NCBI GenBank assembly: GCA_036828955.1 | Contig: DAISRJ010000006.1 | Location: forward strand, 1 to 62,564 | Reading direction: 5' to 3' | Source of the DNA: Candidatus Dormiibacterota bacterium | GTDB lineage: Bacteria; Chloroflexota; Dormibacteria; Aeolococcales; Aeolococcaceae | Length of the DNA: 62,564 nucleotides | Shown here: positions 54,461 through 62,564 of the stretch, piece by piece | Layout: every line of letters begins with the position of its first letter | How positions within the stretch are numbered: position 1 is the first letter of the stretch | Position numbers and translations under genes: made by a program | The notes under the pieces: model-generated | Database searches by the model: none | What the model was told of the DNA's origin: nothing | The model's input: the letters and a program-made list of their open reading frames with translations, nothing else

Positions 54461-57400
54461 TTACCCGCGCCGTCCGGCTCCCCACGCCTCTCGTTCCGGC
54501 GCGCGCACGCGGAGGGTCTCGAGCCGGTACGCGCCGGCACCGAGCAGCAACTCCACGGCCCGTTCCATCGCCGGCCCCGGCTCGACGGTGAAGTCATCGT
54601 CGAGGGCGATGTCGTCGATCGACTCGGCGCTCTCCACGTGGATGACCACGGGCGCCTCGCCGGTGTGCTCGGCGATCGCCCTGTGCAACGGCCCCACCAG
54701 GTCGTGCTGGTCGGGGCCGAGGCGGACGTGCACCACGCTGTTGCGCCGCCAGGCGACGAGGCGGGGATCGTCGATGGCGAAGATGGCGTCGGCGCGGATC
54801 TTGGCGGGCTCGTTGTCGCGCTCCTCGTCGTCCGCTCCACTCGGTGTGGGGCGGCCGATCTCGACCTTTCCGCGAATGATCACCACCGCGTCGGGGCGAA
54901 GCAGCTCCGCCACCTCCTCGAAGACGCGGTTGAACACCACGACCTCACACGAACCGGTCAGGTCCTCGATCTGAAGGAAGGCCATTCGCTGCCCCGTCGT
55001 GCTCTTGCGGGGGACGAAGGCGCGAACGTCGCGGATGCACCCGCCGACCTGGACGACAAGACCGTCGAGGTGCGCTCCCATCTCGTTGATGGAGGTGTCG
55101 ACGCGCTCCTGGAGGGTCGCGGCGATGCGTCGCAGGGGGTGGTCGCTGAGGTACATGCCGAGCAGGTCACGCTCCCATGCCAGCCAGGACTCGTCGCCTC
55201 CGTTGGGCCCGGCGTCGGCGGCCGCGGTTGTGTGCGGGATGAGCGTGCCCATGATGTCGACGGAGTCACCGAAGAGGGCCGTCTGGCCGAGGTCCCGCTC
55301 GCGGCGCACCGCCGCGGCGTGGTCCATGACCGAGTCGAGCTGACGGAGCAGCCGGTGGCGGTCGCCGAGCGGGTCGAGTGCTCCGCACTGGATCAGTGAT
55401 TCAAGCACGCGCCGGTTGAGGTCGCGGCTCTCCACCCGCATGCACAGGTCGAGGAGGCTGGTGAAGGGGCCGTCCCTGTCGCGGGCGGCAATGACCGAAT
55501 CGATGACGCCGACGCCGACGTTCTTGATGTGTTGGAGCCCGAAGAGGATCTCTGCCTCGGCGACGTTGCCGACCCCGAACCCGGCGCCACTGCGGTTGAT
55601 GTCGGGCTTGTGGACGACGAGTCCATGGGCGTGGGCGTCGAGGATGGTCTGTTTCAACTTGTCGAAGTCCCCGCCGCGGCTGTTGAGCAGTGCCGCCATG
55701 TATTCGAGCGGGTGGTTCGCCTTGAGGTATGCGGTCTGATACGAGATCAGCGCATAGGCGACGCTGTGCGCCTTGTTGAACCCGTAGCCGGCGAAGTGCG
55801 CCATGAGCTCGAACAGCTCCGCGCCGCGGGCGGCGTCGATGCCGTGGACCGCCGCGCCGGCGAGGAACTTCTCGCGCTGCTTGGCCATCTTCGCCTTGTC
55901 CTTCTTGCCCATGGCTCCACGCAGCACGTCCGCCTCGCCGAGGGTGAAGTCCGCGACCGCCTGCGCGATCTTCATCACCTGGTCCTGGTAGACGATGGTG
56001 CCGAGCGTCTCCGCGAGAACCGGCTCGAGAAGCTCCTGGAGCCCCGCCGGGTATTCCACCTGCAGCTCGCCGCGCTTGCGCTTGGTGTACATGTCGGTGG
56101 CGCCACCCTCGATCGGTCCCGGACGGTTGAGGGCGCCCGCCAGGCCGACGTCCTCCAGCGAATGCGGCTGCATGTCGATGAGGATGCGCTTGGCGAAGGT
56201 GGCCTCGAGCTGGAACACGCCGTGCGTGTCGGCCTTGCAGAGCAGCGCGTACGTCGCCGGGTCGTCGAGGGGGATCTCGTCGATGTCGATGCGCGTCCCT
56301 GTGGACTGCTCGATCGTCTGCAACGCCTCCTCGATCACCGTGAGGTTGGTGAGCCCGAGGAGGTCGATCTTGAGCAGGCCAACCCTGGAGACCCCGTCCA
56401 TGTCGAACATGGTCACGGCGGTGCTGCGGTCACCCGTGGTGGAGCGCTGCAATGGCACGATGTTGGTGAGCGGCTCGGCGCCGATGACCACTCCCGCCGC
56501 GTGCGTCGACGCGTTGCGGCAGATCCCCTCGAGCCGGCGAGCGTTGTCGATGACCTGGCGCGCCCAGCCCTCACTCTCGTAGAGGCCGCGCAGTTCCCTG
56601 CTGTCCGTGAGCGCCTTGTCCAGCGTGATCTTCACGCTCAGCGGCACCAGCTTGGCGAGACGATCGACGTCGGGAAGTGGCACGTTGAGGACGCGGCCGA
56701 CATCGCGGATGGCGGCGCGGGCGGCCATCGTCCCGAAGGTGATGATCTGCGCGACGTGATCCTCGCCGTACTTCTTCTGCACGTACTGCAGGACACGGTC
56801 GCGACGGCGGTCGTCGAAGTCGATGTCGATGTCGGGCATCTCGACGCGTTCGCGGTTGAGGAAGCGCTCGAAGATGAGCCCATAGCGAAGCGGGCAGATG
56901 TTGGTGATGCGCAACACGTACGCCACCAGCGAGCCGGCCGAGCTGCCCCGTCCAGGGCCGACCACGACGCCGTCCGCGCGCGCCGCCCGGATCAGGTCCC
57001 AGACGATCAGGAAGTAGGGTGCGAAGCCGGTCGTCTCGATGACGTCGAGCTCCATCGCGAGGCGCTCCCTCGCCTCCGTCGTGATGCCGTCGCCGTAGCG
57101 CTCGCGCAGGCCCACCTCGCACAGCTCGCGCAGGTAGCTCGCCGGCGTCTCCCCCGGCGGGATCGGCGAGTAGGTCGGCAGGAGGTTGCCACCCAGCTTG
57201 AGCTCGAGGTCGCACAGGTCGGCGACGGCAAGGGTGTTGCGCACCGCGTCGCCGTACGCGGCGAAGCGATCGCGCATCTCAGCACCACTGGTCACGGAGA
57301 AGTGGGGCCCGGCGAAACGGAAGCGGCGTTCATCGTCGCGCCGCGCCTGCGTCTGGATGCAGAGGAGGATGTCATGCGCCTCGGCGTCGTCGACGCCGAT

Positions 57401-58066
57401 GTAGTGGGCGTCGTTGGTGGCCACCAGCGGCAGGCCGGTGCGCCGGGCGATCTCCAGCAGGCCGCCGCGGATCGCCTCCTCCTCGGCGATGCCGTGGTCC
57501 ATGATCTCGAGGAAATACCCGTCGGGGCCGAAGATCTCCATGTGCTGGCGGGCGACTCCCTCGGCGGCGTCCATGTCACCGGCGAGGATTGCCTGGGGCA
57601 GCTCGCCGCCGATGCACGCGGAGAGGCAGATGAGCCCGTCGGCGTGCTCCGCCATCAACTCCTTGTCGATGCGCGGCTTGTAGTAGTAGCCCTCGAGGTG
57701 CGACTTGCTGACCAGCTGGATGAGGTTGCGGTAGCCCGTCTCGTTGCGCGCCAGGAGGATGAGGTGGTTGGGATCACGGTCGGTCCTTCCCTCCTTGTCG
57801 TGGCGCGACCGCGGCGCCATGTACATCTCGCAACCGATGATCGGTTTGATGCCCGCAGCCTTTGCCGACGTGTAGAACTTGACCGCCCCGTAGAGCGCGC
57901 CGTGGTCCGTGATCGCCAGGGCCGGCTGGCCAAGGCGCTTGGCCGTGCCAACGAGGTCGGCGATGCGCGACGCGCCGTCGAGCAGCGAGTACTCGGTGTG
58001 CGTGTGCAGATGTACGAAGGGCTCGGTCCCCGCGTCATCTGCACCAGTCGTCGGTGTGCTGGCCAT
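54461..58066 (-). CDS. dnaE: DNA polymerase III alpha subunit (DnaE1 type, intact PHP domain)
   Basis: HLHTHTEYSLLDG, GPGRGSSAGS, MPDIDIDF, LLKIDLLGL, FNKAHS, OB fold. No intein evident. Confidence 0.97.
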   Translation of the reverse strand: MASTPTTGADDAGTEPFVHLHTHTEYSLLDGASRIADLVGTAKRLGQPALAITDHGALYGAVKFYTSAKAAGIKPIIGCEMYMAPRSRHDKEGRTDRDPNHLILLARNETGYRNLIQLVSKSHLEGYYYKPRIDKELMAEHADGLICLSACIGGELPQAILAGDMDAAEGVARQHMEIFGPDGYFLEIMDHGIAEEEAIRGGLLEIARRTGLPLVATNDAHYIGVDDAEAHDILLCIQTQARRDDERRFRFAGPHFSVTSGAEMRDRFAAYGDAVRNTLAVADLCDLELKLGGNLLPTYSPIPPGETPASYLRELCEVGLRERYGDGITTEARERLAMELDVIETTGFAPYFLIVWDLIRAARADGVVVGPGRGSSAGSLVAYVLRITNICPLRYGLIFERFLNRERVEMPDIDIDFDDRRRDRVLQYVQKKYGEDHVAQIITFGTMAARAAIRDVGRVLNVPLPDVDRLAKLVPLSVKITLDKALTDSRELRGLYESEGWARQVIDNARRLEGICRNASTHAAGVVIGAEPLTNIVPLQRSTTGDRSTAVTMFDMDGVSRVGLLKIDLLGLTNLTVIEEALQTIEQSTGTRIDIDEIPLDDPATYALLCKADTHGVFQLEATFAKRILIDMQPHSLEDVGLAGALNRPGPIEGGATDMYTKRKRGELQVEYPAGLQELLEPVLAETLGTIVYQDQVMKIAQAVADFTLGEADVLRGAMGKKDKAKMAKQREKFLAGAAVHGIDAARGAELFELMAHFAGYGFNKAHSVAYALISYQTAYLKANHPLEYMAALLNSRGGDFDKLKQTILDAHAHGLVVHKPDINRSGAGFGVGNVAEAEILFGLQHIKNVGVGVIDSVIAARDRDGPFTSLLDLCMRVESRDLNRRVLESLIQCGALDPLGDRHRLLRQLDSVMDHAAAVRRERDLGQTALFGDSVDIMGTLIPHTTAAADAGPNGGDESWLAWERDLLGMYLSDHPLRRIAATLQERVDTSINEMGAHLDGLVVQVGGCIRDVRAFVPRKSTTGQRMAFLQIEDLTGSCEVVVFNRVFEEVAELLRPDAVVIIRGKVEIGRPTPSGADDEERDNEPAKIRADAIFAIDDPRLVAWRRNSVVHVRLGPDQHDLVGPLHRAIAEHTGEAPVVIHVESAESIDDIALDDDFTVEPGPAMERAVELLLGAGAYRLETLRVRAPEREAWGAGRRG

Positions 58067-58084
58067 GCTCTCCTCGCGCGCTGA

Positions 58085-58098
58085 CGAACGGACGTACG
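58085..58098. promoter_or_regulatory. Possible LexA box at the dnaE promoter
   Basis: CGAAC-GGAC-GTACG, one mismatch to CGAAC-N4-GTTCG, overlapping an extended -10 TG-A-TACCGT on the minus strand. Confidence 0.4.
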
Positions 58099-58181
58099 GT
58101 ATCACTCAGGCGGGAGGGTCGATGACCGGGGCGGCCGCGCGGCGCAGACATCGATCGCCGCCCCTGTAATCTGCGCTCCCC

Positions 58182-59141
58182 GTGGACTTTCTCACCGGCC
58201 TGCATGGCGCCGTCGCGACGGTGCTGATCTGCGTCCTCCTCTTCGTCGACGAGGCGGGCGTGCCTCTGCCGTTCATTCCCAACGAGGTCCTGCTCATCGT
58301 GGCCGGCCTGCTCATCGCGGCGGGAAGCCTGAACCCGTTCATCTTCTATCCCATCGCGTGCGTGGCCCTCTACGGCGGTTCGTTCACCGGGTACAGCTGG
58401 GCGAAGCGGGTGGGTCCCCGGCAGCTGCGCCGGGTGGCGACCATGCTGCGCGCGACCAAGCCCTACGACAGGGCGACCCGCCGGATGGCCAACGCGGACG
58501 CTCGCCACATCGCGCTGAGCCGTGTGATCCCGGGGATCCGGGTATACGCCACCCTCTGCGCCGGCGCGGCGCAGGTGCCGGTTCGCACCTTCTGGGAGGC
58601 CAACGTGCCGGCGATCCTCGGCTGGGTCGCCGCGATGACGGGGATCGGGTTCGTCGTCGGTGTGCCGGCGGAGCACTTCCTCACCGCCGTCGAGGCCCAG
58701 CTCTTCAACTTCGCCCTCAGCGGCGGGTTGCTCGTGGCCCTGGGGCTGATCGCCTACCGGGCGGCGCGGCGCGCCCCCGACCCGCGAGTCGAGCCGGCAT
58801 CCGGCCCCTTCCATGGCCTCGCGACCCGCGACCGCTATTGGCTGGCATCCGCGGTCGACGCGGGGATCATCGCCACCGTCGTCGCGGGGTTCGACCGCAT
58901 CACCCGGGCGCTGCTGCACTTCAAGTACCAGATCCTCCCCGAGGGACGCTACGACGTCGGCGTGATCGTGCTGGCCATCGCCCTTGCGTACATCGTGGTC
59001 AGCAGGCGCAGCTCCAGCGGCGAGACGGCTGGCGAGCGGCTCTTCGACGTGAGTTATGTGCACCATCGCCCGCGCACGCCCATGGCCCCCGACCCGTTCG
59101 ACGACGACGACGACGACGGCGACGATGTTGGGGGGGTGTAG
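58182..59141 (+). CDS. DedA/VTT-family membrane protein with RDD-like C-terminal extension and acidic tail
   Basis: DEAGVPLPFIPNEVLL, SRVIPGIR and AGA motifs; then R..LA..VD...G.TAGERLF; ends in DDDDDDGDD. Confidence 0.82.
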   Translation: MDFLTGLHGAVATVLICVLLFVDEAGVPLPFIPNEVLLIVAGLLIAAGSLNPFIFYPIACVALYGGSFTGYSWAKRVGPRQLRRVATMLRATKPYDRATRRMANADARHIALSRVIPGIRVYATLCAGAAQVPVRTFWEANVPAILGWVAAMTGIGFVVGVPAEHFLTAVEAQLFNFALSGGLLVALGLIAYRAARRAPDPRVEPASGPFHGLATRDRYWLASAVDAGIIATVVAGFDRITRALLHFKYQILPEGRYDVGVIVLAIALAYIVVSRRSSSGETAGERLFDVSYVHHRPRTPMAPDPFDDDDDDGDDVGGV

Positions 59142-59795
59142 GCGGCCCTGCCGCACGCCGGGGTGGGCTGCGGGGTTTGCCGCGGTGTTTCTGCGGAGTT
59201 GGTCGTGTCGGGCACCGCGCGTTGGGCGTTCGCTGTCTGCGAACTGATGTTGGCGGACGCTGCGCGCCCAATGTCCGTGGGATCAGCGCGCACATGTCGG
59301 CGCACACTTCGCGCCAAATATCCCTTACCAGCTAAGCTCTTTCGCATCTTGCTTGCTGCTCAGCGAATAAGCACGTGGCCCATGACGAGAATCCATATCA
59401 GCAATTCTTAGGCTCTGTGGTTGTCCATCGATCTCCTGACCGCAGGACGTTTGCTTCGCCTAACGTGTCTGCGCGAGGAGTCATTGCTGTGGCGCCGAAC
59501 GTGCCCGAGCCGTTAGAGACTCTGTTATTGCGGTTGGAGAGATCGTCAAGGAGCGTCTCGCGCGGGCCCGCGAGATCTTTGTCGAAGCTCTTGCGACTCT
59601 CCCCCTCTCTAGATTGAGTCCCTGCCGCCTGTCGAGTTCGTCGAACCTACCGTGGAGGATGCGGGCAGGGCGCGAAGCACGACGTGAGCTCCCAAGCAGT
59701 TCACTGACCTATCCGGCGTCAACCAGATACTGCGCCCTCTACTCGGATATCTTGATGGCGCCGGGCTCGAGGAGGAAGGGCTACGGGGCGTCACA

Positions 59796-60635
59796 ATGGA
59801 TGCTATGGGTAAGACGGCATCGTCCAAACGCAAGAACGCCAGGAACCTGACTACCAAGGCCTACAAGAAGGAGATGCTGCGTTTGCAGGTGGAGCTGGTT
59901 AGGCTTCAGGAATGGGTGCGTGACAGCGGCGCCCGGGTGGCGGTGGTCTTCGAAGGGCGCGACGGTGCGGGCAAGGGTGGCACCATCAGCCGCATCACGC
60001 AGTACCTGAACCCCCGCGTGGTGAAGGTGGCCGCCCTGCCGTCGCCGTCGGATCGCGAACGTTCCCAGTGGTACTTCCAGCGCTACATCGAGCACCTGCC
60101 GTCGGCCGGCGAGATCGTCCTTTTCGACCGATCCTGGTACAACCGTGGCGGCGTCGAGTACGTGATGGGGTACTGCACCCACGACGAGCACCGGTTGTTC
60201 CTGCGCCAATGCCCGATTTTCGAGCAGCTGCTGGTCGAGTCCGGACTGATCCTCATCAAGTACTGGTTCTCGGTGAGCGATCAAGAGCAGGAACGGCGCT
60301 TCCAGCTACGCCTGCTTGACCCACTGAAGCAATGGAAGCTGAGCGAGATCGACCTGCAGTCCCGACTACGATGGGTGGAGTACTCGCGCGCCAAAGACAT
60401 CATGTTCGTCCACACGGACACCCCCGAGTCGCCGTGGTTCGTGGTAGAAGCCGACGACAAGCAGCGGGCTCGCCTGAACTGCTTCGCCCATCTGCTGTCG
60501 AAGGTGCCTTACAAGGACGTCCTGCAGATCCCCGTGACGCTGCCCCCGCGCCAGTCCGACGAAGGCTACGTCCGCCCGAGCCGCGACACCTACACATACG
60601 TACCCGACCACGTCGTGGCCCTCCTCGACCCGTAG
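59796..60635 (+). CDS. ppk2: Polyphosphate kinase 2 (single-domain)
   Basis: FEGRDGAGKGG, QWYFQRY, FDRSWYNR, KQWKLS and DDKQRARLN motifs. The start may be ATG 59805. Confidence 0.95.
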   Translation: MDAMGKTASSKRKNARNLTTKAYKKEMLRLQVELVRLQEWVRDSGARVAVVFEGRDGAGKGGTISRITQYLNPRVVKVAALPSPSDRERSQWYFQRYIEHLPSAGEIVLFDRSWYNRGGVEYVMGYCTHDEHRLFLRQCPIFEQLLVESGLILIKYWFSVSDQEQERRFQLRLLDPLKQWKLSEIDLQSRLRWVEYSRAKDIMFVHTDTPESPWFVVEADDKQRARLNCFAHLLSKVPYKDVLQIPVTLPPRQSDEGYVRPSRDTYTYVPDHVVALLDP

Positions 60636-60916
60636 CGCCGATAGAGAGCTCCCGCACCCCTCATCGTGACGCCGCCACCTGCCGAGCCGTATCGTTTGGC
60701 TTGCTATGAATGTCCGCGCGAGCAGCTGATGCGCGGCTCTCGAACGTCTTGAAGCTGCATCACAGGCAAGTCCGAGCCGCAGAGCATGGCGCTACCTTCC
60801 CCCGGCATCGCGGTTAGCGCCATCCTTGGCCTATACTTGCCGCCACATGGCACGAGCTCGTCGGACAGGGCCGTCACGCCGCCGCACGAGGCAGCAGGGT
60901 GGGGTCTACTCCTGTA

Positions 60917-62431
60917 TCAGAGCCTGATGCGCAGGCGCTTTGCGGACACGGTCGTCCACACCGACGGCCACTCCGCGCGCAGGCGGGCTCTCTCGGCACG
61001 CTGATGAGCGATGAGCTCACCGGCCACCAGGCGGCTGACCGGCATGGCATCGGCGGCCTCTCTCAGCCACCTCTCCGCCACGACCGTGTCCTGGTGATCA
61101 CCGAGAACTGTCTGCAGACGGCTGACGGCCACCGCGAGGCGCGCGGCCCGCTCGCCCGCGACCGGCGTCACTGCCTCGGCTGCGTACCGGCATCGCTTGG
61201 CCTTGATCCGGACGTTGTGCAGGGCGGCGTCCGGCGGGTCATCGCCGAGAGCGGCCACGGCGTCGGCCAGGCGCCCCCAGCGCTTGCGAACCAGGTTGGT
61301 CATGATCCTGGCATCGCGTTTCGAGCTCCGTTGCAGCGCATCCTCTGGGAGCCGAAGCCCCGAGCCAGCGACTCGGACCAGCCCGTCGAGCAGGAGGTCG
61401 TAGCGCTCGCTGCGCAGGGCGGCGAGCATCGACTCCCGCGCGTTTCGCGCCTGCCGTCGAAGGCGTTTGAGAAGGTGCTGCGCGAGCGTCACGTCATCCG
61501 CAGGCAGAGCATCGATGGCACGCTGCAAGTTACCAGCGAGAACGTGGTTGTCGCGCACCCTGCCGACCTCAGTCCCGAGCCAGCGAAGCTCCTCGCGCAG
61601 CCACTCCGCCTGCTCTCCGTTTAGGAAGTCGGTAAATGTTCCGAGGTCGGATCGCAGCCGTCGCGTGGCCACGCGAAACTTGTGCACGCCCTCCTCGTCA
61701 TCGCCGAGACGAACGCTCGCATCCTGCTGCAAAAGTTGCACCACGGATCCGGCAAGGGCGTGTCGGGCCAATTTGTCTGGTCCCGGGTGCGCGCCGAGAT
61801 CGGGCACCACGACCTCGGCGGGGCGCGAGGCGAGGGAGCCGATGGCCCGGATCAACTTGGGCATCGGTTGCTCGCCTGTGTAGCCTGCGGCGGTGACGCG
61901 ATCCACCGCCGAGCGAAGGACTCCACGTCCCCTGCGGCCGTCGTCCTTCGTCTCGATCTCGATTTCACGGAACCGACGTGTCACGCGCCGCCCCACATGA
62001 ACCGACACCGCGTCGTCGACGATTTCAGCGAGGAGAATCCCGTCGGGCTCGCGAATATCGATGGGATTCCGTGAGGTGTGCAGCCGAGCCACCGGGATCA
62101 GCGCGCGGCCTCGCACATACGCGCGGACGAGATCGGCCGCCTCTCGCGGAATAGACATCTGGTCACCCGCAAACCCCAGTTCCTGCCGTTCCAGTGCTTG
62201 GCCCGTCGCGGCGCCGGGCAGCTTGAGCGTCCAGGCGACACCGGGCTCGCCGGTCCGGTGGCGCAGCGTGACGCCCCAGCGGGCAAGCTGGAATTCGGCG
62301 GTGTCGTAGTAGATCGCCTGGAGTTCCAGTCTCGGCCGTGTCACCGCGATTGCCCCTTCGATCAGACCGCCCATTGGTGGCAGCTGGAAAGCCGCGGTGA
62401 CCGCCAGTTTCGCTTCTCGTTCGAGGCTCAT
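60917..62431 (-). CDS. CYTH plus CHAD domain protein
   Basis: EREAK (ExExK), YYDT, LRHR, WTLKLP and EIEIE for CYTH; VHKFRVATRRLRS, LHNVRIKAKRCRY and LGDHQD for CHAD. Confidence 0.92.
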   Translation of the reverse strand: MSLEREAKLAVTAAFQLPPMGGLIEGAIAVTRPRLELQAIYYDTAEFQLARWGVTLRHRTGEPGVAWTLKLPGAATGQALERQELGFAGDQMSIPREAADLVRAYVRGRALIPVARLHTSRNPIDIREPDGILLAEIVDDAVSVHVGRRVTRRFREIEIETKDDGRRGRGVLRSAVDRVTAAGYTGEQPMPKLIRAIGSLASRPAEVVVPDLGAHPGPDKLARHALAGSVVQLLQQDASVRLGDDEEGVHKFRVATRRLRSDLGTFTDFLNGEQAEWLREELRWLGTEVGRVRDNHVLAGNLQRAIDALPADDVTLAQHLLKRLRRQARNARESMLAALRSERYDLLLDGLVRVAGSGLRLPEDALQRSSKRDARIMTNLVRKRWGRLADAVAALGDDPPDAALHNVRIKAKRCRYAAEAVTPVAGERAARLAVAVSRLQTVLGDHQDTVVAERWLREAADAMPVSRLVAGELIAHQRAERARLRAEWPSVWTTVSAKRLRIRL

Positions 62432-62564
62432 GGCGATGGTCTTTGCGTCCCTTCGAGATGCGGGCGTAGGTACCGACCCTGACCGTTATGGACCCACATT
62501 ACCAATCTGTAGGACACCACATCCGGCGCTGGGCGGACGGTTGCGAGACCCGCGTGGACAACCT

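Noticed and set aside
54461-58066. Intein in DnaE
   Set aside because: Length is about 1200 aa with continuous motifs, and no C/S...HN splice junctions are seen.
46186-59125. Short trinucleotide runs: GGC at about 46190, GAC at about 59100, and also GGC/GGT at about 5230
   Set aside because: These are in-frame low-complexity coding (poly-Gly, poly-Asp, poly-Pro), not phase-variable repeats or CRISPR.
1-62564. CRISPR arrays, IS elements, defence systems
   Set aside because: No regularly spaced repeats, transposase, integrase or defence-type motifs were recognised by eye. Weak homologs could have been missed without HMM searches.

Overview
A high-GC (roughly 70% by eye, not computed) core-chromosome segment of a Terrabacteria-type organism. 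Affiliation with Chloroflexota or Ca. Dormibacterota is my inference from the gene mix: a Bacillus-like radA-yacL-ispD-ispF...cysS...rlmB-yacP order, actinobacterial-type accessory genes and a Thermus-like LysW pathway. Housekeeping genes include cysS, rlmB, yacP, clpP with a ClgR-like regulator, ispDF, radA, uvrB, mutM, polA, dnaE, lgt, ppk2 and galK. RNA genes are an intact tRNA-Leu(CAA) and a tRNA-Thr(UGU) whose sequence breaks off just after the anticodon loop at the left edge. Larger modules are (i) a complete-looking alpha-aminoadipate/LysW lysine operon preceded by a promoter, a short Lys-containing leader ORF and a strong terminator, (ii) a five-gene ApbE flavinylation/electron-transfer module with a small exported peptide ending in SGGS, (iii) a GH8 lipoprotein plus processive GT2 glucan module, (iv) PadR-ABC, ArsR-small-protein and ECF sigma modules, several with visible operator palindromes, and (v) a PPK2 plus CYTH-CHAD polyphosphate pair. 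Many genes look leaderless (TAnnnT 6-8 nt before the start codon). I saw no integrase, transposase or CRISPR array. All product calls come from motif recognition by eye, not database searches.
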